Counted from the stretch's first letter, positions 46,601-57,254 are shown. The stretch is 64,000 nucleotides of DNA from a virus (IMGVR_UViG_3300033056_000008:114471-178470); one strand, 5' to 3'. A program made the numbers and translations. Notes: a model not told the origin generated them from the letters alone.

Positions 46601-48242
46601 AGTCACTTATGCTGGTTGGGGTAAAGCTGGTACTGGCTACGGTAACTACGGAAATGTCGTTGCTGTTACTGCTGCTGATGGTAAGACTTACTTATATGCT
46701 CACTTAGACTCTACAAAAGTTAAAAAAGGTGACAAAGTTGGAGTTAACCAAACTATTGGTACAATGGGCAACACTGGAGATTCTGATGGTGTTCACTTGC
46801 ATTATGAAGTTCGTACTAATGGTTATGGTACAGACATCAATCCAATGTCATCTGTTCAAGCTGCTAGAAATGGTACTTACACAGGAAGCGCTGCCGACCA
46901 AGCTTCTGCTATTGATAGTGCTAAGTCTGAAGTAAATCAATTAGCTCAAGATGCCCTATCCCTTCAAGATCAAATTCAAGAGTTAAATATGGCATTAGTT
47001 GAATCTGTTCTTGCTGGATATGATCATAATAAAAATCAGTGGGAAGATGATTTAGCTCAAATCGACTTAATCCAATCTTCTGTAGCTGAGACTGATAAGA
47101 AATGGATCGACCAACAACTTAAGAAAGAAAGTATTGTTCGTAAACAATTAGAGCAAGAGCAACTTTCCATTGCTTATCTTAAAGATCAAATTAAGCATAA
47201 TAAAGCTTTGACTGAAGCACAAAAAGCTCAATTATCTGATGACCTCCTTCAGCGTACTCAAGATATGATTTCCTTAGAGCAACAATTGCTAGATGAACGT
47301 ACTCAAATGGCTGACACAATCATTGACACATACAAACAATCGCTTGAAGCTATTAAAGATGCTCAGCTAAAGCAAATTGATGAAATCATTGACGGTATTA
47401 ACAAAGAAGCAGACGAAGCAGATTATGCTAAACAACTTAAAGATGCTCAGACTGATAGACAAAGTACATTAGATGAAATTACTAAACTTGCTCTAAGTAG
47501 CTCCCCTGCTGACAAAGCTAACTTGGCTGAACTACAGAAACAATTAGAAGAACAAGATGAATCAATCGCTGACATGCAAACTGACAGAGCTAAGGAGTTG
47601 CGTATTGATAATCTTAATGAGCAAAAAGAAGATATTCAAACTAACTACGACAACCTAGTCAACGATGAGAAAAAGTTTGCTCAAATGCGTTCAGATATCA
47701 TCAACGCCAACACTAAGCAGATAGAAAAAGACTTAGGTAAATACTATACAAACATCAAGTCTAACACTAGCCTTCTCGGCAAAGCCATGTCTAACAATCT
47801 AATTGACCTTATTAATCAAGCTAACAGATATCTAAACGGCAAAGATTATAAACCAATTAAGATTGCATCTGCTGCTAAAGGTGGAATACTTCCTTCTTGG
47901 GGTAATCAAGGTAAAGCAATGGTTGTCCATGAAGAAGAAATGATTTCAACTAAACATGACACTAAGAATTTATTAGCTGCTATGAGTGAATCATCTAAAC
48001 TTATGGATACATTGAAGTCATTGGATATGGGTAAAACATTGGCTAATGCATCTATGGATCTACTAACAAGTTTCAAATTGCCAAGTGTTCCTACTCTCTC
48101 CCCTTCTACTTCAACAGTTACTAGTGGGGCAACTTACAATATCAATATGAATATCGATAAAGTAACAGGTGATCAAAATGGAGTTAAAACACTTTTAAAT
48201 GGCGTGGTAAATGGTGTAAGAAAACTAGGCGGAAATATTTAA
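43668..48242 (+). CDS. tape measure protein exon 2 with SLT transglycosylase and M23 peptidase domains
   Basis: IIKQESSFN..GAMGLMQLMP..AYNAG (SLT); HKGID..YAHL..HLHYE (M23); spliced product 1970 aa. Confidence 0.92.
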   Translation, partial: NEAGTFYKTLFTRYLRDASQNMLNSIGIATKDANGDLISMTTVLQQLGDQWDTYDAQTKNAIASQLGGGWHINKVSSLIESQSRAMENANTSANAYGSATRELENFQEGLAYKTNVLMASLQELGWTIGENGLRDSVVNLIQMATNLTQGFNALTDATNGWNIKLPLLAAGIYGIVKAAGALRLAITGVKSSFGIFSVGFIAVEALASVFMKSTNAGKLHTEALTQAAEATAENSNELQYLVSRYQELEAQSDGSTEKQQELQDVLKQIQAIAPQLIDSTGKYGDTLSLNKTKTDDYIESLKAMTAEQVAQAKAANEIELSMVNVDIEKEKEKLNDLAKDSKEAFEQIQSYQGKYGVKAIDDAQTEFDNRIAEIAKKAQNAYDIGNEKSYQKYMAQMAEMREEFGSYIKLLQNPDALNDYADKLTKVNELEAKKNGIEERNSALDALTSSTNSSTTANSENANSLSTVAEGTYDVEEGMESATTAIDGTTSSMNSQASAAENLAGITTDSMTALKQAIGTYEVLSQMENLNSAQKDMLANATEQLSEAYPELTKNSKINVAQVRNEMEANEILLEATEKLMNGELKADDATVVSKALSTKSKISEMQKEIQAMEVTAKAIDALKQHYIDLANSDTSVGMLDNVEQALAATGNSNSNISSEISSLKSELESLKNTSAGYTSQLRDITDYQSEAEKAAEESNKTTEESTYVTDKYKQALEKLNLELAKIQAKKNDYAPYSKKYQNALKEEIKLLQQQQKLNKQQTADLNAQIKSGNVIQYGKVSSSKSSSSGSYSGQYSSYINEASSKYGVDSSLIAAIIKQESSFNANAKSSAGAMGLMQLMPGTAKELGVNNAYDAYQNIMGGTKYISQLLDKYNGSVEKALWAYNAGMGNVNNIVNSSASEWKGAKSYASNVLSYFEEYGGAVQASTAKATKAIDGFSGTITSEYGTRTRNGKTETHKGIDIAGNKGDKIGATTAGTVTYAGWGKAGTGYGNYGNVVAVTAADGKTYLYAHLDSTKVKKGDKVGVNQTIGTMGNTGDSDGVHLHYEVRTNGYGTDINPMSSVQAARNGTYTGSAADQASAIDSAKSEVNQLAQDALSLQDQIQELNMALVESVLAGYDHNKNQWEDDLAQIDLIQSSVAETDKKWIDQQLKKESIVRKQLEQEQLSIAYLKDQIKHNKALTEAQKAQLSDDLLQRTQDMISLEQQLLDERTQMADTIIDTYKQSLEAIKDAQLKQIDEIIDGINKEADEADYAKQLKDAQTDRQSTLDEITKLALSSSPADKANLAELQKQLEEQDESIADMQTDRAKELRIDNLNEQKEDIQTNYDNLVNDEKKFAQMRSDIINANTKQIEKDLGKYYTNIKSNTSLLGKAMSNNLIDLINQANRYLNGKDYKPIKIASAAKGGILPSWGNQGKAMVVHEEEMISTKHDTKNLLAAMSESSKLMDTLKSLDMGKTLANASMDLLTSFKLPSVPTLSPSTSTVTSGATYNINMNIDKVTGDQNGVKTLLNGVVNGVRKLGGNI

Positions 48243-48249
48243 TTATTAT

Positions 48250-48279
48250 GAGAGTCAACTTAACGGTTGGCTCTTTTTT
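48250..48279 (+). terminator. intrinsic terminator
   Basis: AGAGTCAACT-taac-GGTTGGCTCT plus T tract. Confidence 0.7.
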
Positions 48280-48299
48280 ATTGTCCAGGAGGTGAATAC

Positions 48300-49064
48300 A
48301 TGATTAAGGAAAGTTTGTTTTTTGAATTCGCAGGAGTACGTTCAACTAGCTTTGGAATACTGAACGTTTCTGTAAGCAGTGGTTTGTTTACTGAAAACCT
48401 TATAAGCAATCGAACTATTAATGAAGTCACCATACGTGGCAGAGAAAAACCTTATTTCTTAGATGTAACAAAAGATCCTAATTCCTTTCAGGTAAGTTTC
48501 TACTTTGAAGAGAAATGGGATAACAAATTAATCAACGAAGTTACAAAATGGCTAGATGTGGATTATTATCAACCTCTCTCCTTCAGTGAAGATTGGGATA
48601 AAGTGTATTACTGTATGCCTGTTGAATCAACTGAACTTATTCATAATGGTTTAAAGGAAGGCTATATAACTTTAACCATGCGTTGTGATTCACCTTATGC
48701 TTATGGACGATACTCAGTAGATAGATGGTATGAATGTGCTGATTCCCCTATCACTTTTGAACTTATGAATCTCGGTCACAAAGATATATATCCTACTATT
48801 GAAATAAGAAAAACTGAAAATGGAAATGTAGAGATTTCTAACTTAAGTAGAGCTAACAGTGTCACGAAAATAAACTCACTTGTTAAAGGTGAAAAAGTTA
48901 TCATAAATGGGGAAAATCAGATCATTGAAACTAGCCTACCTAACACTTACAGGTATGATAATTTCAATGATTTTTATATGCCACTATATATAGGCAATAA
49001 CAGAATACAAGTAATTGGGAGTTGTAAGATCAAACTTCAATATAGATACAAATTTAATTCATAG
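48300..49064 (+). CDS. distal tail protein (Dit, YomH-like)
   Basis: follows TMP; GYITLTMRCDSPYAY, LYIGNN; ATG 48300 after GGAGG. Confidence 0.85.
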   Translation: MIKESLFFEFAGVRSTSFGILNVSVSSGLFTENLISNRTINEVTIRGREKPYFLDVTKDPNSFQVSFYFEEKWDNKLINEVTKWLDVDYYQPLSFSEDWDKVYYCMPVESTELIHNGLKEGYITLTMRCDSPYAYGRYSVDRWYECADSPITFELMNLGHKDIYPTIEIRKTENGNVEISNLSRANSVTKINSLVKGEKVIINGENQIIETSLPNTYRYDNFNDFYMPLYIGNNRIQVIGSCKIKLQYRYKFNS

Positions 49065-49077
49065 GAGGTGAAAATAA

Positions 49078-52000
49078 TTGGGAAAAATAGCTGACATTTC
49101 TAAATGGCAAGGTACGATTAACTGGTCAAAAGCCAGTTCAGAATTAGACCTTGTAATCATCCGTGTTCAATACGGCTCTACCACTATTGATTCTAAATAC
49201 AAAGAATATGTTGCTGGAGCTAAACAATATAAGATTCCATTTGGTCATTACGCTTACGCTCTCTATACATCTGTCAATGATGCCGTTCAAGAAGCCAAAG
49301 ACTTCTGGGCTCGTTGCGATAAAAATGCTGCCTTCTATGTAGTCGATGTTGAAGAAATAACAACGAATAAAGCAAGTGATTTAGTTCCAGCTACTCAAGC
49401 ATTTATTGATTACTTACATAGTCAAGGAGCTAAAAAAGTTGGTCTGTACTCAGGTGATTCTTTCTATAAGACTAATAATTTATCAAGAGTTAAAGCGGAT
49501 TTTCTATGGATTGCTCGTTACGGAGTAAACAATGGTCTTCCAAGTACAAAGCCATCTGTAGCTTGTGACTTATGGCAATATACTTCTACTGGAACAGTTG
49601 CTGGAATTTCAGGCGATGTTGACTTGAATGCTATCAATGGCAGCAAACCATTATCTTACTTTACCTCTTCTACTGTTGTCGTTGAACCTGATCCGGAGTC
49701 ACCTCCAGTCGTAGTTGAGCCAGAGCCAGAAGAACCTGACATTGAGCTACCTGTTGAGGAAGAAGATGACGCTAGTAATGATAACAGTGGTGAAGATACA
49801 GTCGAAGAGCCGCCAGATGATAATACTGATGTAATTGTTGAGCCTCCTGTTGAAATTGTATATGACAAAACTTTAACCAATCCAAATAGTACAATAAGCT
49901 CTTATATTGTCAGAAATGGTGAAAATGTCGCTAAACCTCAGTTATTTTTAGCTAATCCTAGCGGACTTACTTTGCGTAAAATCAGTGACGCAGGAAGTAA
50001 ACAGCTGAAGATTAACTTTACTAGTCCTAATGAACTCTCCTTCTCTATTCCGTATGAAGTAGATCAGAACAATAAACTTGTAAGAAATAAAACGGTAGAT
50101 TTAATTAGAGAAAGATACATGATTAAATTGAAGTTCGCAGGAATTGAAACTCGATACATTATTACTCAAGTTCAACCTTCTATGTCCGATTCAGATTGGT
50201 TAAATGTACAATGTTTTTCATTAGAGTATGAGTTGCGCTATAGAAAAGTAATTGGATATGAAGCTTCTTCTTATAACTGTCTCCAAGTTTTAAATGACAC
50301 TTTAAAAGGAACTAACTGGAGTATCGGTTATATTAATGACGACTTCAATTTAAAGTATCACCAGTTCGATGTTTCAAGTGCAAGTAAATTAGACTTCATC
50401 AATGAAATTTGTGAAACGTTCAATGCTTATGTTGTATATGACACAGTGAACAAGAAAGTGAACATCTGTAAGGAAGAAGAAGTTTCCGTCTATAAAGGTT
50501 TTTGGGTTGAATATGGAAAGTATCTTCAAAGCTTAGAGCAAACGGTGGAAATTGATGATGTTGTTACTCGACTTCACATTACTGGTTCAGATGATGTTTC
50601 TATTAACTCAGTGAACCCAACCGGACAATCGTACATTGATGACTTTTCATACTTCCTCTATCCTTTCAATGTTGATGACAAAGGTACTATTACAAGTCAC
50701 AGCAATTATATGTCGGATGATTTATGTTTGGATTTAATTGCTTACAACAAGCTAGTTGAAGATAATACAGATGGTTTTAGTAAGTTGTTAACTGAAAAAA
50801 CAGCATTGCAAACTGAATTAACTGAATTACAGAATGAACTTACTGTCTTAGAAAATGAATTAACTATTATTCTAGACAATATTGAAGTTGCTAAAATTGG
50901 TGGAGAATCAACAACTACACTAACTCAACAACGCAATAATAAACAAGCAGAAATCACAACTAAGAAAAATAGTATAACTGCCAAAGAAACTCAGATTGCA
51001 AATAAAGATTCTGAAATAACTAAGTTAAATACACTGTTGTCACTTGAGAATAACCTATCCGATACATTAATGACTGAGCTAAACAACTATATCTTTGAAG
51101 ATGAATTTTCTGATACTAATCAAATAAATGATGCTGATTTATATGATGCTGGAATAACCCAATTAAAGAAAGTGTGCTCCCCTCCTATCAATATCTCTAT
51201 GAGTATTGTTAACTTCTTTGCTGTACTCGAAGAACAACATAATTGGGATCGATTAGCAATTGGAGATATCATTAGAGTTAGACATAAGAAGTTAGGTATT
51301 GATGTAAAAGTTACAGTTGATTCACTATCGTTTGACTTTGAAAGTTATTCAATAGATATTACAGTTTCCAATGTTAAACGACCTAAATCAATTGAGGACA
51401 GATTAATAAATGCCCTATATACAATTGATAAAGTTAATACTGATTACAGCAAACGTAAAACTAATTGGAATAGCATTGCTACAAATTTCAGCATCAGAAA
51501 TGATCGAATTTCAGCCAAACCATCTAATCCAACTAATTTAACTGTATCTCATAAAATAAACGATAATGGTTCTGCAGATTTAACTGTTTCATGGAATTAT
51601 AACGACTATGAAAAGACTAAAAAAGATGCGGATAATATAGACGGATATATTGTTTACATGTATTCAGACACTTCAAATGAACGATATGTGTTTGGTTCAA
51701 CTATTGCTAAAGAAACAAGGCGAGGAATTATTTATTCCACTAAGTCTTTTACATTCCCAAGTGTACCTCCAAACAGGTTCTACACTTTAGGAGTTCAAGC
51801 TTACCGTGATGTAGATGATGATATAAACAGTGAGGGGATTCTTTTCTCTGATTTGATTACTCCATCGGACGCTGAACAAAATCCATATCAACCAAGTGAG
51901 GTTACTGTGGTAAATGGTCTGTTAAACGGAAAAGTAAACGGAGCTATCTATGTTACTTCTGATACGGAACCTGAGAACGCTGAAGTTAATAAGACTGTAT

Positions 52001-52560
52001 GGACTAATCCAACTACTAAACAGCAACTTGTTTACACGGAAAATGGATATGAACCTTTATCAACTGGGGATGCAAGTTCAGTATCTGGCTATCCTACCGA
52101 ATTAAATGATGTACCAAACTCAATACCAATCAGAAACGCAGAAGGCTATATTAATGCCTCAATTACAGGTGATGCTGCTTCTGTCGGTGGTCGAAGACCA
52201 GGAGTTTCAATTGGAATAGCTACATTAGATGAAACTGCAAATGTACCTTTATCACAACTAAATAATACTTCAAGATTTGCATCAGGCACGTATGTTGGAG
52301 ACGGTACTCAGAATAAAGTAATTGCACTTACCTTTTCTCCTACTCTAGTCAAAGTTTACACAACTGATGCAACTGATCGAAGTTTATTTATACCTTCCAC
52401 TTCGGGAGGTTTTTTATTTGGCTCAAATAGCGTTCTCTCCCTTCCACTCGCTTCTACAAACGGAAGATTGGATACTACAGGATTCTATACAGGCAACACA
52501 ACTGATACATACGGAAACAAATCAGGAGTCACCTATTATTGGGAGGCTTACAAAGCTTAA
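49078..52560 (+). CDS. tail-associated lysin/tail tip (YomG-like) with N-terminal GH25 muramidase
   Basis: DISKWQG, VDVEE, LWIARY, LWQYTS, VDLN (GH25); acidic Pro linker; phage tail domain VVTRL, IGDII; coiled coil; FN3-like region. Confidence 0.85.
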   Translation: MGKIADISKWQGTINWSKASSELDLVIIRVQYGSTTIDSKYKEYVAGAKQYKIPFGHYAYALYTSVNDAVQEAKDFWARCDKNAAFYVVDVEEITTNKASDLVPATQAFIDYLHSQGAKKVGLYSGDSFYKTNNLSRVKADFLWIARYGVNNGLPSTKPSVACDLWQYTSTGTVAGISGDVDLNAINGSKPLSYFTSSTVVVEPDPESPPVVVEPEPEEPDIELPVEEEDDASNDNSGEDTVEEPPDDNTDVIVEPPVEIVYDKTLTNPNSTISSYIVRNGENVAKPQLFLANPSGLTLRKISDAGSKQLKINFTSPNELSFSIPYEVDQNNKLVRNKTVDLIRERYMIKLKFAGIETRYIITQVQPSMSDSDWLNVQCFSLEYELRYRKVIGYEASSYNCLQVLNDTLKGTNWSIGYINDDFNLKYHQFDVSSASKLDFINEICETFNAYVVYDTVNKKVNICKEEEVSVYKGFWVEYGKYLQSLEQTVEIDDVVTRLHITGSDDVSINSVNPTGQSYIDDFSYFLYPFNVDDKGTITSHSNYMSDDLCLDLIAYNKLVEDNTDGFSKLLTEKTALQTELTELQNELTVLENELTIILDNIEVAKIGGESTTTLTQQRNNKQAEITTKKNSITAKETQIANKDSEITKLNTLLSLENNLSDTLMTELNNYIFEDEFSDTNQINDADLYDAGITQLKKVCSPPINISMSIVNFFAVLEEQHNWDRLAIGDIIRVRHKKLGIDVKVTVDSLSFDFESYSIDITVSNVKRPKSIEDRLINALYTIDKVNTDYSKRKTNWNSIATNFSIRNDRISAKPSNPTNLTVSHKINDNGSADLTVSWNYNDYEKTKKDADNIDGYIVYMYSDTSNERYVFGSTIAKETRRGIIYSTKSFTFPSVPPNRFYTLGVQAYRDVDDDINSEGILFSDLITPSDAEQNPYQPSEVTVVNGLLNGKVNGAIYVTSDTEPENAEVNKTVWTNPTTKQQLVYTENGYEPLSTGDASSVSGYPTELNDVPNSIPIRNAEGYINASITGDAASVGGRRPGVSIGIATLDETANVPLSQLNNTSRFASGTYVGDGTQNKVIALTFSPTLVKVYTTDATDRSLFIPSTSGGFLFGSNSVLSLPLASTNGRLDTTGFYTGNTTDTYGNKSGVTYYWEAYKA

Positions 52561-52584
52561 ATTAATTAACAAGGAGGTCGAGCA

Positions 52585-55581
52585 ATGAGTTGGGATGATG
52601 ATATCAATATTTTTAACGACCCCATATACTATTTAACTCGAAGGGGCGATGCAACTGACCCATACAAACATATAACTGAAACAGTACAAATTGTAAATGG
52701 TTATGCTCCGTTACGTGAAGTCCCTAAGAAAACATACAAAGTAAAAGTAACAAGTGAAGATAAAGTTTGGTATGAAGTTGAAGACGAAGCTTTGACCGAT
52801 AACTTCTTCCAAGTAGACTACATCCAAGGTGTAGTCTTTTTTACTGCTGAAAATAATAACAAATCAGTAACATTTGAGTATTACGGTAAAGGTGGATACT
52901 ATACTCCTGATACAAGAATGTACTTAACTGGTGATTCTAAGTTTCGTACGGCAGCACATAAGTTCAAGGATTTAGATCGTGCGGATTTAGAACAAAAGAA
53001 CCGTGTAGACGAATTAATAGTTGGTAATCCTCAGCCAAGTGAAGTTGTTGACTTAAGGATTGACCGAAACGGTAGAGTTTATAGAGTGGCTAGAGATAGG
53101 GTAAATGCCATTCAGGAAGCTATCGAAGATACGTTTCTTGCTGACGATGGTAGAACTTACACTTCTCTCAAACAAAGATTAGATACTTCAGATGAAACAA
53201 TTGAAGGACATCGTATTAAAATTGAAGAGTTCGCAGCTTTATCTAAAAAGATTAGCAAGCGAGTCGCATTAATTGAATACGAACATTTAATTCCAAACAA
53301 AAACGTCGTGTCTTCTCCTGATTATTGGGACTGGACTGAAGCGATTAAAGCAGCACTAGGAACAGGAAATGTAGAGTTATACGCTCCTGCAGGTACATAT
53401 AGAACAAGACAAGTTAACCTTCCCTCTTATACACATATTTACGGTGACGGTTTCTATAATACAATTTTCAAGTTGATCGAATCTGCTCCTGTCGGCGAAT
53501 TTCTTTTCACAAATGCTGATTGGAATAATGGTAACTCATATATTAGAGTTGAAGATTTACAATTGGATTGGAATAGATCGCGACTTGGTTCTACCTATGA
53601 AATACCTGCCGGTCCGACATCTTCAGGTTTAATGTTTGCCAACACTCAATATGCATGGGTAAACCGAGTATTTTCAAAAGACGCTGGTTTACATGGCTTT
53701 GACATTACGTCACCTGAATACAATCGCACAGGTGGACAAAGCAGTCCTATTTATTATCAGCCTAAAGGATGCAAAAACATTTGGATTGACGGCTGTATCG
53801 CTACCGGTGCAGGTGATGATAACTTCACAACGCACTTTAGTGAATACATCTACATCAATAACTGCTTATCTTATGACCCACTAGGTAATGTTCATGAAGA
53901 AGGTTCTGCAAATACTAACTGTTTTGAAATTGACGATGGATCAAAATATGTATGGGTAACAAACTGTAGAGCTATCGGTGGAGTTCGTGGGTTTGAAGTT
54001 AAAGCGCATAATTATGCTCCTGCTGCTAGAAATATAACAATAGATAACTGTACAGCGATTGATAATATTCGTGCATTTGATTTACGCCATATCGGTCATC
54101 ATACAGAGGAAGATCCAGTATCGGCAACAGCCTTTGATGTAACGATAAATAACTGTACGGCAGTTAATCCTAAATCTAATTCACTATATCAGTCATTAAA
54201 ACCTAGAGCTTTAATAATCTCAGCCTATAGAAATGTTAATATATCTAACTTTACTGCAATTGGAGATTCATCAGGTTTAAGTACTGGCGATTCTGTTATT
54301 GTTTTTCAATATAAGTCGGGATTTATTAATGCGGATAATATAAAAATTAGTGGCTTTAAGAATGCTGATAATGATATTTACATAACTGGTGGTTCTCAAA
54401 AAGCAGATAATATTAACATTAACAATGTAACAAGTTATGAGTCTGCTAGCAACGGGATATTTCTAGGTAGTCAGGTTTTGAATGCTGACCTTACAAAAGT
54501 AGCTTTGTATAAATCGACAAATACAGGGACTGGGTACATTTCTGTAAACTCCCAAAATAACATCCTGGGATTGTCAGTAACAGGGTATGCCAAACAAGCT
54601 ACTATTTCCAATGTTGATTATACTACTCCACCTTCTCGAATTCGTAACGGAATGGTTATATCTAGTTCATCAGGATCAGCAGAATCAGACACAGCGTTCG
54701 TAGCTGCAAGTACTTCTAATTCAGTTGCAAAAGGCAGTAAGAATACAATCCTTTCTTCTTCAAATGTAGAAACAACTGGAGAATATAATGCCATTATAGC
54801 TTCTTCTGATGAATCCACTTTAAGAAATATCCGAGGAGCAATTATTGCCTCCAATGCTTCGAAAGTAACGGCAGCAGACGTTTATGAAGCGATTGTATTA
54901 GCATCCAACAATGTAATCAATCCGAAAAGTAATACTGTTGCTATGGGACACGGTTGGTCTCCTGCTACTTCCAATAGAAATATTGAATTAGATGCTGCGA
55001 ATGGAACAATTAAAGCTACTGGTGCTATCACAGGATCATCTTCATTCAGTGATTACGCTGAGTATTTTGAAAGTCTAGATGGAAAAAGTATACCTACTGG
55101 GACTCTTGTGACATTAGATCAAGGGTTTATTCGCGTTGCCAAAGATGGAGACGATATGTTAGGAGTAATTTCTGAGACTGCTGGAAGTGTACTTGGTGAG
55201 TCCTCTTTCTATTGGCAGGGTAAATACTTAAGAAATGACTTCGGTGGATTAATTTATGAGGAGGTTACAATTACAGAAGTTAATGCAGATACTGGATTGA
55301 AAACAGAACGTGTTGCTCTTTTACCTAAAGAGAATCCTAATTACAAAGAGTCAGATGATTACCTACCTCGTTCCGAACGTCCTGAATGGAATATTGTAGG
55401 GTTAGTTGGTCAAGTTTATGTAAGAATTGATAATTCAATTAGACAAGGTGATTACATAAAAGCTTATGAAGGAATTGCAACGAAGTCAGATGAGCGTGGT
55501 CAAGGTTGGAGAGTTATGAAAATAACTAAACCTTATATTGAAGAAAACGGCTTTGGAATTGCACTAGTGTTTATTAGATAG
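52585..55581 (+). CDS. tail spike: beta-helix plus peptidase G2 auto-cleaved chaperone (phi29 gp12/YomE-like)
   Basis: APAGTY, GDDNFTTH, FEIDDGS, DYAEYFES, RPEWNIVGLVGQV. Confidence 0.88.
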   Translation: MSWDDDINIFNDPIYYLTRRGDATDPYKHITETVQIVNGYAPLREVPKKTYKVKVTSEDKVWYEVEDEALTDNFFQVDYIQGVVFFTAENNNKSVTFEYYGKGGYYTPDTRMYLTGDSKFRTAAHKFKDLDRADLEQKNRVDELIVGNPQPSEVVDLRIDRNGRVYRVARDRVNAIQEAIEDTFLADDGRTYTSLKQRLDTSDETIEGHRIKIEEFAALSKKISKRVALIEYEHLIPNKNVVSSPDYWDWTEAIKAALGTGNVELYAPAGTYRTRQVNLPSYTHIYGDGFYNTIFKLIESAPVGEFLFTNADWNNGNSYIRVEDLQLDWNRSRLGSTYEIPAGPTSSGLMFANTQYAWVNRVFSKDAGLHGFDITSPEYNRTGGQSSPIYYQPKGCKNIWIDGCIATGAGDDNFTTHFSEYIYINNCLSYDPLGNVHEEGSANTNCFEIDDGSKYVWVTNCRAIGGVRGFEVKAHNYAPAARNITIDNCTAIDNIRAFDLRHIGHHTEEDPVSATAFDVTINNCTAVNPKSNSLYQSLKPRALIISAYRNVNISNFTAIGDSSGLSTGDSVIVFQYKSGFINADNIKISGFKNADNDIYITGGSQKADNININNVTSYESASNGIFLGSQVLNADLTKVALYKSTNTGTGYISVNSQNNILGLSVTGYAKQATISNVDYTTPPSRIRNGMVISSSSGSAESDTAFVAASTSNSVAKGSKNTILSSSNVETTGEYNAIIASSDESTLRNIRGAIIASNASKVTAADVYEAIVLASNNVINPKSNTVAMGHGWSPATSNRNIELDAANGTIKATGAITGSSSFSDYAEYFESLDGKSIPTGTLVTLDQGFIRVAKDGDDMLGVISETAGSVLGESSFYWQGKYLRNDFGGLIYEEVTITEVNADTGLKTERVALLPKENPNYKESDDYLPRSERPEWNIVGLVGQVYVRIDNSIRQGDYIKAYEGIATKSDERGQGWRVMKITKPYIEENGFGIALVFIR

Positions 55582-55589
55582 ATAAATAG

Positions 55590-55637
55590 AAAAAGAGACT
55601 GTCATCTTTTTGGAGAAATTTCACAGTCTCTTTTTTT
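55590..55637 (+). terminator. intrinsic terminator
   Basis: AAAAGAGACTGT...ACAGTCTCTTTT plus T tract. Confidence 0.65.
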
Positions 55638-55714
55638 AGCATTACTGCTACTTTTAGTATATCAGAAAGTAGCTAACTGTACAAGTATACTGAAGGGTTA
55701 TGGAGTGATAAAAA

Positions 55715-56155
55715 TTGACCGAATCAATTGAAGCCTTGCAAGTCGAGGTTAAAAATATTAAAGAAGATATCGCTGAAATTAAATTGGATTATAAAGAAAT
55801 TAAACTGGAAAGTAAAGAGAATAACAGATTATTAACAGAGAATATTAACAAGTTGACCTCCTCTTCTATTCAGCAAACAGAAATTCTTAAAAATCAAGAA
55901 CGACAATTCAATATTCAACTAGATAGTGTATCGAATGATATTTCGGGTTTAAAGAGTCATGTTGACTCAGAAATTGGAAGTTTGAAGAATGAAATTAGAG
56001 AATCCAATGAGACCAATACGAAATGGTATCAAACTTTCCTAAGTGATTTCACAGGAAAAACATTAAAGATTTTGTTTATTATCATATTGCTTATTTATGG
56101 TGTGAAAATGACCTTGCCTGAAGTTATAAAGATGTTTACCGGCGGAGCTTTGTAA
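55715..56155 (+). CDS. coiled-coil protein with C-terminal TM (holin-like)
   Basis: heptad repeats then ILFIIILLIYGV. Confidence 0.6.
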   Translation: MTESIEALQVEVKNIKEDIAEIKLDYKEIKLESKENNRLLTENINKLTSSSIQQTEILKNQERQFNIQLDSVSNDISGLKSHVDSEIGSLKNEIRESNETNTKWYQTFLSDFTGKTLKILFIIILLIYGVKMTLPEVIKMFTGGAL

Positions 56156-56228
56156 TTATATATAGTCAACTATGCGTAATTTTTTAATAAAATTGCGTTT
56201 TTATTTTGCTTAAAAAGGATGTGAAAAT

Positions 56229-56510
56229 GTGTATCGATTAGGTTCAAACTTTATTGGTAGTTCAAAAATAACGACATCAGAAGCCAATCATCAAGTAGTT
56301 CCCTCACCTCCTTCTAACTGGAGTAAAGGTTACAATTTTTATCGTTTTACTTTTCACAACACAACTCCTTGTACAGTAAAAATTAATGACGACTCCCCTA
56401 TCTTCTTACGAGGCGGGCAAGGTATTAACACAGATATTTACGATGCTCCAATTAGGAGTTTTGTCATTATAGAACCGGGCATTCAATTTAACTGGATGGC
56501 TGGTTATTAA
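56229..56510 (+). CDS. small beta-rich protein, paralog of 61354-61635
   Basis: shared GS.F.GS, FY.F.F.N..C...N, SF...EPGI...W...Y. Confidence 0.7.
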   Translation: MYRLGSNFIGSSKITTSEANHQVVPSPPSNWSKGYNFYRFTFHNTTPCTVKINDDSPIFLRGGQGINTDIYDAPIRSFVIIEPGIQFNWMAGY

Positions 56511-56525
56511 CTTATTGGGAGGAAC

Positions 56526-57254
56526 TTGAACATGGGATTTTTCTTTCCGAATGTAGATGCAATCTATTTATTTAAGAGAGCAGGTACTAGTGAAGATCCA
56601 TTCTTACCTATAAATCAAGAATTAACAGTTAGATATTCAAAGGTCACATTGAAGGAAATTCCTGACTTTATTACTAAGGTAGCTGTTTTTGGTAGTGCAC
56701 AAATGACTGAAGTTACCTCAGAAGACATAGGTGCAAATGAGTATAGAGTAGATTACTCCACAGGGATTGTATATTTTAATGTTGCGCAAGAAGATATTAC
56801 GTTTAATTTCAGCTATATGGGAATCGGGCAGTTAGATATCCCTGCTAGTAGAATGATTGTTAACACTAGCGATACAAATTCTGAAGGTGTGACAGTACAA
56901 GATATACTGGATGCTCATACGGAAATTATCGATGTAAATAAATTATTAGAGGAAAACAAACTGGTTAAATTAGCTGATTTCGATGCTTATAAAGCTGAAA
57001 TAGATGCTTATTTACATCCTCCTACTTATACGTTTACAGCAACAGCCAACAATACTACTCACATAACACATACTCTAGATTATAATCCAACAACAGATTC
57101 TTTAACTGTAGTGGATGTTTCATATGTTGAAACTTTAAAAAAGGGAACTGACTACGTAGAGAACAGTGATAACAGGAGTATTGATTTAATTAATGGATTG
57201 TACATCAACATTGGAGAACAGATTAAATTCACATTGAGAAAGGGGGTAAAGTAA
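56526..57254 (+). CDS. tail appendage adaptor; N-terminus paralogous to the tail spike N-terminus
   Basis: RAGTSEDPF..LKEIP..VDYSTGIVYF versus RRGDATDPY..LREVP..VDYIQGVVFF. Confidence 0.7.
   Translation: MNMGFFFPNVDAIYLFKRAGTSEDPFLPINQELTVRYSKVTLKEIPDFITKVAVFGSAQMTEVTSEDIGANEYRVDYSTGIVYFNVAQEDITFNFSYMGIGQLDIPASRMIVNTSDTNSEGVTVQDILDAHTEIIDVNKLLEENKLVKLADFDAYKAEIDAYLHPPTYTFTATANNTTHITHTLDYNPTTDSLTVVDVSYVETLKKGTDYVENSDNRSIDLINGLYINIGEQIKFTLRKGVK

Noticed and set aside
46231-46935. Alternate-frame ORFs inside the TMP gene
   Set aside because: Leu/Val-rich shadows of biased codon usage, no SD
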